A DNA stretch of 64,000 nt, taken from NCBI GenBank assembly GCA_951804945.1, contig OX638152.1, positions 71,424,001-71,488,000 on the forward strand, given 5' to 3'. The position numbers and the translations under genes were made by a program. The notes under the pieces were generated by a model. The model ran no database searches. It saw nothing but the letters and a program-made list of their open reading frames with translations, and was not told the origin of the DNA. This document shows, piece by piece, positions 1 through 11,523 of the stretch (positions are counted from its first letter, which is position 1; each line of letters opens with the position of its first letter). The stretch comes from Podarcis cretensis (Eukaryota).

Positions 1-1300
1 GGACTCTGCAAGTCACTTCCATCAACTCCATACAGTCCATCAACCTGGAGATCTTATATCCGAGGCTCTTAACTCTTTTCCAAGTCCCTTCTGCAGGTCT
101 TCTTCATATTCTTTGATGCTATAGAGCAGATCTTGGGGAAACTTCGACCTAACAATACTTTTGTTCCTTCTCGACAGGTCAGCCAAATTTCCATAGTTAA
201 AGCTAAAATCCATGAAGTATTTCAGGACGTGTTTCAAGGTTCCTCCAAATCCAAAGGCCCCCAGAACTCCAGTCTCCTCCTGACCCAAGTCCATGTCCCA
301 AAAGTCAGTTAATCCCTGCATGGAGGGATCTTTCCAGCTTTCCTTCTCCAGTCCTCAAAATCTGACTTTTTCTAGATTCAATCATAAAAGGCCTCAACTT
401 ATAGTCCTCAATTTGCCCCTGTAAGGCTAAGGCTCCCACTTGTATTACTTTAGGTTCGACAACAACAACTTTCTCCCTCTCCTTCTCCACATTTCGTTCT
501 GCTAAAGTAGATTCCTGTAGCAAATCCTGAATAATTTCTGTATTGGTGCTCACTTTTTGTCCCAAGTTATCAATTTTAGTAGCCATAACATCCGTCTTCT
601 TGTGAAGCTGTTCCAACGAATAGCTTATCTTGCATAATGCAATCACTAAGGCTTCTCCTGTCGACATTCTTAAATGGTCCAAGGTCAATCCTTGATTCTC
701 ACAGTTCTTATCCTGCAGCTGGAGATTCCCCAGCTCCACTCTTGTAACAGTTTCAAAAGCTCCCTCTAGAGGGAAACAGTCTCCACTTGTATCAATCCTT
801 TCAAGCACAGTTCCAAAAGTAAAGTTAGTTTCAATTTTCAGTTACTTTTCCTCCTTTTTAAACACAGAAGAGGGCAATGGAAACAATATATTTCTCTTAT
901 TTAACTAACTGTCAACATACATTTTATTCACAGTCAATGAACTCTCCCAAAACGTCAATCTACTGGCAGCCCGTTTCCAGGTTCAGAGCAGTGGTAATTT
1001 AATTTTTATCACTCTCTCCTGCAGGCTTACACGATCCAAAATTTCCCCCCTCTTCTCCTGCTTCCAAGGGGTGTTTAATGATTTTAATCAATGGAAGTTT
1101 AATCCTTTACATAAGGCTTTCCAAGACCTTAGCTTGCAGCTTCTTTGCTTCAGTCTATTTACAAAAGGGGAAGGTGGACTTCCTATTTGAAACCTTCCCA
1201 TTTCGGTACCAAATTAAGACGTTTGTAAATCCAATTTTCCATTCTACTCACGGGTAGTTGTTTAGAGTCAAATTGTGCACAGGAAAAAGTCAGCACTAGC
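1..1300 (-). mobile_element. Degenerate L1-ORF1-like element (5' UTR plus coiled-coil/RRM-like ORF1 remnant), running off the window start
   Basis: Overlapping minus-strand ORFs 305-808 and 40-321. Heptad-like segment (SLEQLHKKTDVMATKIDNLGQKV), then IEDYKLR and AFGFGG segments loosely resembling LINE-1 ORF1p. Boundaries approximate. Confidence 0.45.
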
Positions 1301-1315
1301 CATCACACTCTTGAT

Positions 1316-1521
1316 CAGAGTTGTCCAAACTTTTTTTAAAGAGGGCTAGATTTGATGAAGTGAACATGCATGAGGGCTGACCAAAGTTGAGCTTTTTTTA
1401 GGACTGAGGTTGTTGAACTTTTTTAAAGGATTTTTACCCCAGGAAGTAAACTGCCACAAGGGCCGGATTAAACTAACTGGTGGACCGGATTAGGCCCCCA
1501 GGCTAGACTTTGGACTGCCTT
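1316..1521. mobile_element. Non-autonomous hAT-type MITE
   Basis: Starts CAGAGTTGTCCAAACT, ends ACTTTGGACTGCCTT. 8-bp TSD CTCTTGAT (1308-1315) / CTCTTGAC (1522-1529). Confidence 0.7.
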
Positions 1522-1659
1522 CTCTTGACATGCACATACAGCAGCGACTGCAACTGTTGAATGGACAATGTGTTCTGATTCCTTGTATACCCTCTCCTGA
1601 AAAGTAGACCACCAAGCCAGATGGATAGGACTTCATGAGTCTAAAACTTTTTGAAATTA

Positions 1660-2470
1660 AATTAAAATTCTGCTAATCAGGGCAATGGTTGGTGGAGCAG
1701 CAGCTAAATGGCAGTGTTAACTTATCCACAGAGTCATCTTTGTAAATTCAAGTAAGAAGAATCAGTTACTATTTTCACCACATTGTTCCTGGAAGATCAA
1801 TTTATATATATATTAATTTGTTCTCAGTGGCAATATTTATTTTCTATTGTTTAATCTCTCAAGTTCCCCCCTCCAACACACACACACACACATTTTTTTC
1901 CCATTCTGCTTCTAATTAACATTTCACATCTCTTAATTTATTTCCTGGATTTCAGTAATTTAGTCCCATGAAGACTTCAAAGGGGGGGGGAGGAGAAGAA
2001 GAAAAAACCAGTGCACATTTTGAGCAGATTGCTTAATTGCTTAAGTAGTTAATTTGATATTACACAGAAGCTCATACATAGCGAGCGGTCTTTAACCTTT
2101 TAAAATTCCATCTGAAGATATCTGAAGATTAGAGCTCAGAAGTATTGAAAATCTTTTAATACCCAATTGTTTGTTGGGCTGTTATGAGATGCATTAAAAG
2201 AAAGAGGTAACTCATGTATTTATGTACTTTAGTTCCAGCTTTGTGTACTGCTAATGTGCGACAGCTCCCTAAAGGCAGTGTCTTTTCATCTAATACACTC
2301 TGAAATCATAGCTATCTATCAGCATCTTAGTTTGACAAAAGAAGAACTACTCTGCATGGCTCTTTGGAGGCAATTCATAAGCATAGCAGCACCCATTTCG
2401 TACCTTGGGGGAAGAACCTTGTCAGATGTTTAATCTAATCTGTATAACAAATTACAGGTTGCATTTTCTT
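1660..2470. promoter_or_regulatory. Candidate conserved non-coding element (enhancer-like)
   Basis: No recognisable TE; AT-rich and dense in TAAT/ATTA and TGACA motifs (e.g. GCTTAATTGCTTAAG, CTAATGTGCGACAGC). Conservation not tested. Confidence 0.35.
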
Positions 2471-2973
2471 TATGTTTTTCTTGCTTTCTTTCAAGCCTTT
2501 TCTCTTCATAACTTCACAGAGGCATTGGGATAAAAGTCTTCTAAAAAATTCCCACTTCCTACACAACCAAAGGAAAGACACTCTGTTTTCCTTTGTATCT
2601 GCCCAACCTTGGGCACCTCCAATGGGTCCTTTAATAGAAGAGGAATATTCTCATCGCTGGATGACAAGAAGCCCCAGACCAAATTTTCTCTTTTATCCTG
2701 ACAACAACCTTACTAGATTGGGCTGAGGTCATCCAGTGAGCTTCATGGCTTGAGCTGGGATTTTAACCCTAGTCTTTCCCTTCCTAGTTCCGCTCACCAC
2801 TGCAGCAGTTATCACAACAAATTATCACAGCGAGCAAAATACAAGCAAACCCACCCACCCACCCCCATTTATGCACGTTCAATGTGTGTTTACATGCATC
2901 ACTCAGAACCCAGAAGTGATCCAGAAATGTCATAAAGACATCACTGAAATGTCACTAAAAGGGCGGAATGGGG

Positions 2974-3403
2974 TGTTTGCAGGGTTGAAGGGGAGGAGGA
3001 AGGGTGGAGATCAGCAGTGGTTTGAGGAAGGTCAAAGTGCAGAGACAGATGAACAGAAAAGTTGGGAGATGTTGGGAGAAGAGAGGGGAGCCAGCTGACA
3101 CGTTATCACTGGAGAGTATTTCAGACACTCCTTCTCCTAGAACTCGTCGTTCATTGAGGGTGCAAAAGCAAAGGACTCAGAGACTATTAGGCCCTGGCAG
3201 CCACCGTAAGGGGAAGTGCTGTTGCTAAAAAGGGAGGAGCGAGGAGTGAAGAGCTCAGCTGGAACAACACAGTTATGGGAGAGTGACCGGATTTCTTTGT
3301 CTCTTACCATGATGTTTGAATAAACTCATTAATAAGAACTCTCTTTGTTTTTTCCTGCTTTGCGCTGCCACCGGGGGAGGGATAGCATTCCCCAAGCCTG
3401 ACA
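2974..3403 (+). mobile_element. Solo LTR (Ty3/Gypsy-like), apparently inserted in an old Tc1/mariner-like MITE (~2840-3500)
   Basis: Ends CCTGACA; AATAAA near 3318; TATA-like CTAAAAAGG near 3225. 5' boundary uncertain (2974 or 2983, possible GCAG TSD). Confidence 0.5.
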
Positions 3404-3755
3404 GCAGACTTTTAAGTGGGTTTCAGTTATACATGATTTCACTGACATGTGCAGTGCCTTGGAATGTAACCCCCATGTAAAGGGAGGAGGATGTCTGTAC
3501 AAAAACTCAAGACAAGTCAGCTTCAAATCATTGTTGGTTTGCTAATATTGTTTCAGTTAACAGATGCTAATCAAACAGCAACTTCTCACAATTGGGTTTG
3601 CAAGAACAGCAATATTTTGCAGACTTGAGGGAGGCAGTTTAGGTTCTTAGAGCCCAATGCTCTAATGACTAAGGTGAGTTCACCCCTATTGTGTGTGTGT
3701 GTTTATCTGCCAAATGAGGATAAATCTTCATGTATCAGACCAAGGAACCCCCAAG

Positions 3756-3903
3756 GGATTGCTCAGGTGGTACAACATAAGACTCTTAATCTCAGGTTCC
3801 TGGGTTCGAACCCCATGTTGGGTGAAAGATTTCTGAATTGCAAGGAATTGAACTAGCTGATCCTTGTGGTCCCTGCCAACTCTACAATACTATGATTCCA
3901 TGA
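3756..3903 (+). mobile_element. tRNA-Lys-derived SINE with CR1-type 3' tail
   Basis: GACTCTTAATCTCAGG..GGGTTCGAACCCCATGTTGGG resembles the 3' half of tRNA-Lys(CTT). Tail CCAACTCTACAATACTATGATTCCATGA is CR1-like. Confidence 0.7.
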
Positions 3904-4304
3904 AGTGGCTTTAGTCCATGAAAATGTAAGCCACAAGAAATCTGTCAAAACTTAAAGATGCTACAAGACTTGGTTCTTTACGTTATACCTGTGTTTCATT
4001 CAGATTTTGTAGGTAATTTCTGCCATGCCATATACTTTTAAATAATAGATACGATGGTGCAAAATGCAGCCAATGGCATGAAGATGCATGCCAAGATTGA
4101 TGTCAACATAAATGGACCAATTGGTTCCTTACTAGAGCAATAAACACAAATAGATAGAATGTTGTCTACTACTGAAGCTATGTGAAAAACAGACAATTCT
4201 CCTGATGCATCAGGATCCCCCAAATTGCTTCAAAATGCCAATTTCCCAAGAGGCATTCATTTACCAGGTGTTCAGTTGGCCTTTTTTATGAAATAAACTT
4301 TACA

Positions 4305-5290
4305 ATATAATAATAATAAACCTTTATTGTCACTATATTGTCACTATACCACCTGTGTGCAGTGAAATTAAACGAGCTCCCCCCATACACTTGTTCACTC
4401 TCTGTGTGCTTGTCAGAAGTCAATTACACCACTATTTTTTTCCATTCAGCAGCCCAACAGCCCATGGATAAAAACTGTTCTTTAACTTGTTGATGTGGCT
4501 GACTATACTTCTGTCCAGTAGTGATGTATGGAAGTGAGAGCTGGACCATAAAGAAGGCTGATCGCCGAAGAATTGATGCTTTTGAATTATGGTGCTGGAG
4601 GAGACTCTTGAGAGTCCCATGGACTGCAAGAAGATCAAACCTCTCCATTCTGAAGGAAATCAGCCCTGAGTGCTCACTGGAAGGACAGATTGTGAAGCTG
4701 AGGCTCCAGTACTTTGGCCACCTCATGAGAAGAGAAGACTCCCTGGAAAAGACCCTGATGTTGGGAAAGATGGAGGGCACAAGGAGAAGGGGGCGACAGA
4801 GGACGAGATGGTTGGATAGTGTTTTCGAGGTTACCAGCATGAGTCTGACCAAGCTGCGGGGGGCAGTGGAGGACAGGAGTGCCTGGCGTTCCCTGGTCCA
4901 TGGGGTCACGAAGAGTCGGACACGACTAAACGACTAAACAACAACATACTTCTGTATTTCCTGCCCGAAGGTAGGAGATTAAAGAAGTGCTGGCCAGGGT
5001 GTGAGTCATCCCTAAGAATTTTCCTTCCTCTCCTCCGGCAGCAGTCTCCCACGATGTCATCTAGTGAACTCCGGGGACAGCCCATGATGTCATGTGCTGT
5101 ACTCACCACCCTCTGTAGGGACTTCCTGTCCGTGGCTGTCAAACTAGCGTACCACACTGTAATACAGTATGAGAGGACACTTTCTATTGTGGATTGGTAG
5201 AAGGAGATCATCAATTTTTGTTTGACATTGTTCTTTCGCAAGACCCTGAGGAAATGGAGCCTCTGTTGGGCCTTCCTAACCACCTGGGTT
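4305..5290 (-). mobile_element. 5'-truncated Rex1/Babar-type LINE (C-terminal part of the ORF), interrupted by BovB
   Basis: Translation QRLHFLRVLRK..FYQSTIESVLSYCITVWY..DDSHPG..LLPSGRKYRS continues after the insertion as IVSHINKLKNSFYPWAVGLLN. (TTA)n tail near 4305-4320. Confidence 0.85.
4515..4945 (+). mobile_element. BovB (RTE clade) LINE, 5'-truncated 3' fragment
   Basis: Open frame MYGSESWTIKKADRRRIDAFELWCWRRLLRVPWTARRSN...HGVTKSRTRLND; (CAA)n tail; 10-bp TSD ATACTTCTGT at 4505-4514 and 4946-4955. Confidence 0.95.
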
Positions 5291-7337
5291 AGCACAAGAC
5301 TCTATAGTGCTCTTGAGATAAACAGGGTATGCTTTTCATACTGTGTTGTTCAGAATACTGAATCAATTAGCCTTTTATTGTTCTTATTTTATAAGATGCA
5401 TGGATTCACTTTGAGTTTGTAGTTTTACGGGAAGAGTGGCTGGGTTGTAGCTCATGGACTATGGGTGACTCCTGGGTGAGAATCTGCTAGACTTATCACA
5501 GTGTTTGGTAATTGTAGAAATGGGATGCTAGGCTGGATGGGCTTTGGGGTTGATCCAGTAGGGTTCTTGTAATGTTCTCATGGTATACTCCACCATATCT
5601 GAAGGCAGCAGGCTAGTGTAGGGGGTACAAGACTAGCAGCATGGCACATTGTACAATAGCAGGTAATGGCCATAGGGCTGTTGCCACCTCACCCAGAATC
5701 TGCCACCTGAGGTGGTTGCTTCATTCTATCTAATAGTCACTTCACATGTAGATTTTTCCAAGTTTATTGTGTGCGAATCTGGAGAAATTTCTTCTTCTTC
5801 TTCGTGTGGGTGACCTATATCAATGCTTCTAGTCAATTTCCAACATACAAAATAAAAGAATCCAGTTGAAATTCAATAAATACTATCACAGAAGAACACC
5901 AGCAACCCACCTTTCTATTATACAAAACTATATATAAAAAGTGTCCCCGTCCAAAATAAGTGAAATAGTAACCACAACAAGCAACATTAGAAATCCTCAG
6001 CAGGAAGAAGATGTTGACTCTAACACCAATGGTACCATTGTTAAAAGTAATGAAACTGCTAAAATGTATTAAAAAGCTTGGAGAAATATATTTGCCTGAT
6101 GCTGAAAAGATTGTACAGAGGGTGCCGACAAGCGTCTCTGGAAGAATAAGTCTATTTCTGGCTATATATTTCTCTCCCTTCTCCTCTCAAGTACAAATGC
6201 TCTCCTGCTTCTCTTTTTGGTGAAACCATCATACAACATCCTATCTGCACCAGTATCAACTCTAACTGTGTTTAGAATGCTAGAAACCTTAGGTCTTTAC
6301 CAGGCCAAAAAATCAAAGCTGAATTTCTTAAATGCATCAGGTTCAATAAAGTTTCTTCTTCCTCCTCTATTATTTTAGCTAGGTTGTGCTCTTAATTTTT
6401 AAGGTATGGGCCATTATAGGTGTGTAGTTCAACACAGGGTTTCTCCACCTTGCAAAGGGCATGGCTCAGCTGTATAGCAGTAATTGGTGAATTATATTAA
6501 AGAAGGGGTTTTCCAGCCAAATCTGGTAGTGCTTTGGCCAAAGTTATATTTTCCTTTCATTATTGCCATTCTCCCATTTAATTTACTTCTGGAATTTATT
6601 AATTTTATGTAAATGTTTGATCTCTCAATCTTTTCCAATTTTACCCACTTTAAAGATCACGTGGAAAGATGCAAACATACATTCAAACCAGCCTGTGAGC
6701 AGACTTTATGCAAAAGAGAGAGAGGCTTATGTAAATATTAGCTGATGGGTTCCAAAGGACAGGCCTTTGAAATCCTAGGGGTTTGAGGAGGGGGAGACTA
6801 GAAAATTAAGCAGCACTTGGCTAAATGTAAATATATTTCCCCCTTCCTGTGTATGGCTTTTTCAGTAATTACTTTTATGACCTTTCGGCAGCATCACACA
6901 AAAGCAAGGCCCACTTCTTAGTGCAACAAAACTGCCTTTTTTCAAAATGTTGTCATAAAAATTTCACAGCATCTTTCTCCCTCCCTCCCTCACCCTCTCT
7001 CTCTCTCTTCCAATGAATGAATTGCTTGGATTGCTTCCCATTTCAACATGACTCATGTTTTCTAATAACTTCCATGGCTTAAAAGGAATAAAGAAATAGG
7101 CTGGATCATCCCTAAGGTTTATTGTGCTGGAGCTCCAGAGACTAATTTGAGCCGAAGAGCAGAAGGGATTGGCCTTGGGATGTATTGCTCGTTTCTGGAA
7201 CATGGTAAGAAATAATGAAGTACTTTGGAGATTGTGCAGAGTGCCTTTTATCTCTGACAAAGCACCCATAGCTCCTCTCTCTTTATCTGTAATAAGGGAT
7301 ATGGGCCTCCTTCCAGGACCAAGGTGCTAAATTCCAG

Positions 7338-7910
7338 TGTGCTAGTCCCGTGGGTTTCCATGAGGCAAGGTCCGAGTCCAGTCCGAGGTCGAGGGTGCAA
7401 TATAGAGGCTGTCCGTCAAAGCTGAAGCTGGGTCCAAGGCAGAGAGTCGGGTGAGGTCAAGAGATCCGGCAGGAAAGGGTGCAGGCAGGAACTGGCTACC
7501 AACAACGTTGCTCCCACAACTTGGGACTGGGGCTGGCTGGCTTTTATCTGCCCCAAGGCATAGGGCAGCCCCAGTCCACAGGGGACTCTCCTTTCCTGGC
7601 CTGGAGGCGAGCACTCCGCCTCTCTGCCCTGAGCCTCTGCAGCTCAGGAGAGGCTGGAGGGTTACCGGACCGTGAGGCAACCTCAGCCTCCCCTGACAGG
7701 GCTGAGAGTGGAGCACCTGCAGGCAATGGGTCCTCCATCACCTCAGGAGCCAGAGCAGACTCAGCTGGTGCCTGCACCTGAGGATCCAGTGCTGAGAACC
7801 CTTCAGGCTCAAGCTCCAGCCCCGGCTCAGCTGGTTCTGGAGGATGGGAATCCTGTGCAGGCTGGGATTCCTCAGGTTCAGCTTCCGAGTCCGAATCCCA
7901 GGCCATCACA
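7338..7910 (-). mobile_element. Solo LTR (Ty3/Gypsy-like), 573 bp, containing a 120-aa ORF
   Basis: TGT...ACA termini; 5-bp TSD TCCAG at 7333-7337 and 7911-7915; minus-strand TATA-like GATAAAAG near 7541-7548. Confidence 0.85.
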
Positions 7911-8032
7911 TCCAGCCAGGTTTCACCCCTGTCATCTCATACTACAAATAACAATGCACTCAGGTCCCACTACCCAATCGTGAAGAATTAGTAACTGAAC
8001 ATTACTATATGCACATTAGATTCATGTTGACT

Positions 8033-8452
8033 GTACTGGCTACCAATTAGTTTCCAGGCCTAATTCAAAGTGCTATAAAGCATTAAACAGCCCAGGACCA
8101 TAATACCTTAAGGACCACCTCTCTCCATAGACCCTGCAATCATCATCTGAGGTCGTTCTTAATATGCCTGCACTGTGAGATGTCTGGAGGGCAGCAACAC
8201 AAGAACAGGCCTTTTCTGTGGAGGCTCCTCATTTGAGAAATGCTCTTCCCAGGGAGGCCTGCCTGGTGCCTTCATTACATATCTTTGTGCACCAGGCAAA
8301 ACACTACTCTTCTCCTAGGCCTTTAGCTAATTTAACAATAAACAGCCTTTTAAGTTGGGATGGGGTATTGTTGTTGTTTGTTAGTTTGGTATGTATTTTT
8401 GTGTTTTTATACTGTAAACTGCCCCTTGATCCTTGGACGATATAAAAATTTA

Positions 8453-8488
<36 letters not shown>
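8033..8488 (+). mobile_element. L2 LINE 3' fragment (diverged) with (TAA)n tail
   Basis: ACTGGCTACCAATTAGTTTCCAGGCCTAATTCAAAGTGCT matches the WLP..F.A.FKVL region of the other L2 copies here; (AAT)n at 8455-8488. Confidence 0.7.
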
Positions 8489-8489
<1 letters not shown>

Positions 8490-8759
8490 GACATCCAAAC
8501 AGCTGGATGGACCTGCATGAGGTACTGTAAACAGATAAGCAGCCTTTAAAAAGCCTTACTTTTTTGCTGGTCCACGGCAGCCATTTTATCAGAAACTATG
8601 GTGGGAGGAAGCAAGAGATTGGACAAATAAGAGAGCATTTTTCCCCTTCCTTGTCTGCCCTTTTGCAAGATACCAGAGGGGTTTCCTGGGGTTTCCCAGG
8701 GCTTTTAGTCATTTTTTTTTTGGGGGGGGGGAAGGGGAGGTCACATTAGAAACAATTAG

Positions 8760-9110
8760 AAATTTCCCCAGAGTCAATGGAAATCACTGACTCGTTATAT
8801 GGACGCTTGCATAACAAATGATTTCCAACATTTGCATTGTGGATGGATAATGAGCTCTGTGTTTACAAGAAAATAGCACTAATAACTATATACCCCCCAG
8901 TTGCTTTATTTGCTTGTTTCCATTTCTTTAATTCTTTAATTTCTTTAATTTAATCTGCTTTCATTCCGTTGCATTTATTTACTGGCAATTTATCACGATG
9001 CACTAGATGCTGCTATAAATTGCATATTATATCATCTCAGTATTGCCAGTTAACAATTTTCATATTGCCTTTACTCTACTGTTATTTCATTGCCTTTTTC
9101 ATGCCCATTT
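8760..9110. promoter_or_regulatory. Candidate conserved non-coding element
   Basis: TE-free AT-rich block with ATTTGCAT (octamer), TGTTTAC (forkhead-type) and TAAT motifs. Conservation not tested. Confidence 0.3.
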
Positions 9111-9124
9111 CATCTTCATCTTCA

Positions 9125-10365
9125 TTTTCTTTTTTTCTTTTTTAAATTCTTTTTTTATTAATTTTTCATTAATAACAATCCAATGGAGGCCACATTAATA
9201 CAATGCCAAATCACAATACAATCAAAAGAGCCAATTAAACAATTCCGAATTAAACATTTTTGGATGACTTCCCTGGTTCTGGCTACCAGGAGTTGATGTT
9301 ATTGCTTGATCCTGCACCAATTTTCTTAATTAATCCAAGGTCCACAATTCCGATCTTAATCCTTTGTTCTAGCAGCCGCTGTGTTTAATAAATCCAAATC
9401 CATTAACTTGTATAGGGGATTTATATCCTGTAGCTGTGTGGAATATTTGTTTACCTTCTTCACTTCCTTCATGTTGTAACCAGTCAATTTTTCTTCAGCA
9501 TTGCCCCTCCTTCGAAAGCTCTTTACTAGGTGTGTCACAAGTCCATTTTGCCTATCTGAAACTGAAAGCAGAAAGAAGTCCAGCTGCAACTTCTGGCTTA
9601 CTTTCAGTGCTCATCTCCTTGTTTCTTCTAATGAGCTGGTGTCTCACCAAAACCATCATAAATCAGAACCAGAGCTCTCTACAAATAATCACAGTATTCC
9701 ACACAGTCTATTCTTTCAAGCACTCCGTAAAGAAAATTATAAGTCCTTCTTGCATTCCTTATATAGTTGTAATCCGTTAGTAATTTCCTTCCATTAATAA
9801 TTGATTCTTTTTCAGTGAAGGCTTGCCAATTCATAGCAAAAATAATGTATAAAGAGAACAAAGGCTCCCTCACTTACGTAGCATTTCAATTACGATGACG
9901 AGGGTCCTCTCCAGATCAAAACCTTGGCACTCAGTGGCTGATTCATTTCACAGGTTATCTTTCTCCTTCTTCCAAAACATGTCTGTTTCTGATGTCCATA
10001 TTCAGATACATCTTAAAAGAAACAGAGATACCTCTGTTCATGGCAACCACATTGGGAGTTTCCAATACATGCAGTGCTATGCCCTCTGCGTCTCTGCCCT
10101 CGTATTCCATTGGAGCGAGAAGCAGTTATGATCCATGAGAGAAAGCTCCCCCCAACCCAGGGGTAGGGGGCTTGCAAGGATAATTACTCCCAAATTAACT
10201 GCATGGATGGCATCCACTACCATGGGATCAGCAGTTTGCCATGGTGACTGCACCGGAAGTCCCCATTTCATCTTCATTTTCTCTAATTTGTGTCCTCCTT
10301 TTCCCCAACTTTTAATATCTGATCCTGCTATCATTATTTGGCAGGAATTGGTAACAAATAATCCC
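9125..10365 (-). mobile_element. Degenerate L1-ORF1-like retroelement with poly(A) tail and no visible ORF2 (HAL1-like)
   Basis: Minus-strand remnants MDIRNRHVLEEGE and INGRKLLTDY..RRTYNFL...LIYDG resemble the ORF1p RRM start and C-terminal domain. AATAAA plus A-rich tail at 9125-9160. The 5' side runs into the gap. Confidence 0.5.
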
Positions 10366-10533
10366 NNNNNNNNNNNNNNNNNNNNNNNNNNNNNNNNNNN
10401 NNNNNNNNNNNNNNNNNNNNNNNNNNNNNNNNNNNNNNNNNNNNNNNNNNNNNNNNNNNNNNNNNNNNNNNNNNNNNNNNNNNNNNNNNNNNNNNNNNNN
10501 NNNNNNNNNNNNNNNNNNNNNNNNNNNNNNNNN
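10366..10533. other. Assembly gap (168 N)
   Basis: Run of n characters. Confidence 1.
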
Positions 10534-11523
10534 NCATAGATGATGATCTGGCACCTAGTTGGAAAGAAAGCACAGGTACTAGATTACAAATCTATTTGTT
10601 GCTGGGGGGAAGGGGAATAACCTGTTGTGTACACCTACAGTGACGGGAGTGAGTGTCATGATGTGGTTCTGTGAAAACAGGAGGATATTAGGATTTCAGG
10701 GAAAACAGAGATTCCAGCCAAAAAACTAAGAGACTCTCCCAATTCAGATGTCCACACCTAGCTCAGGGACACGGGAATAGGTGAATCTGTAGGGTTAAGT
10801 GATTTAAGGGTCAGGGCCTGTTGCCTTTTCTGTGCATGGAGACCCCTTCACATGGATAGCACATGATGTGGTCCTTCTTATAAGCAAGGATCAGACTACA
10901 TCCGAGACACAGAAGCAGATGTAGTGCTTCTTCCTCTTTTGGCTGAAAAAGCTGCTTGAAATGCTGGAGGAGAGGAAACTTCACCGCTTTGGCGGCCATT
11001 GCAGACATACACTTGAAACATTGTGAAGTGAAATCTGTTTCAGAGGGGATTTCCATCTGCTCTTGGCTCCCTTTATCTCTCTTGAATGGCTACACAATTT
11101 AAATAAGACAAGTCCAACATTTCTAGGTGGACCAGTGGGGATATTTAGCAATTCCAAAAACTGGTTGTATGAAGCATATCTAGCTGTTTCAAGATGAGTT
11201 TCAGAGTGTTCTGCCCAGCATCTCTCTTTCAAAATCTTGGTCACAGTGATTTTGGATTTACCATATTTAATAAGCATGACTCCACGCTTTCAGACCAATT
11301 CCCAGCTCATAGTTTTACATTTCACACTGTGTAAACAAGCAAAGCAACATGATCCACTCTTTCCTCTATTTTTTTCTATTGATCTCCAAGGATGATCACA
11401 ACTCACAACTATAGTTGTTTTCATTATATACGCCCTAAGCATCCCTTTGATCTCCATGTCAAACAAAAGTGGATCTTCCATAGTTCAGTATTTACAATAC
11501 GTGTCATTTGAAGTTAACATATT

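Noticed and set aside
3756-3830. tRNA-Lys(CTT)-like sequence
   Set aside because: The acceptor and D arms are degenerate and it is fused to a CR1-type tail, so it is a SINE head rather than a tRNA gene.
4038-4223. Hydrophobic 61-aa ORF resembling a membrane peptide
   Set aside because: Non-ATG start, no recognisable family, and no convincing splice context.
4424-4909. 161-aa minus-strand ORF
   Set aside because: Antisense frame of BovB plus flank; not a gene.
10135-10573. ORFs containing X runs
   Set aside because: Artefacts of reading through the N gap.
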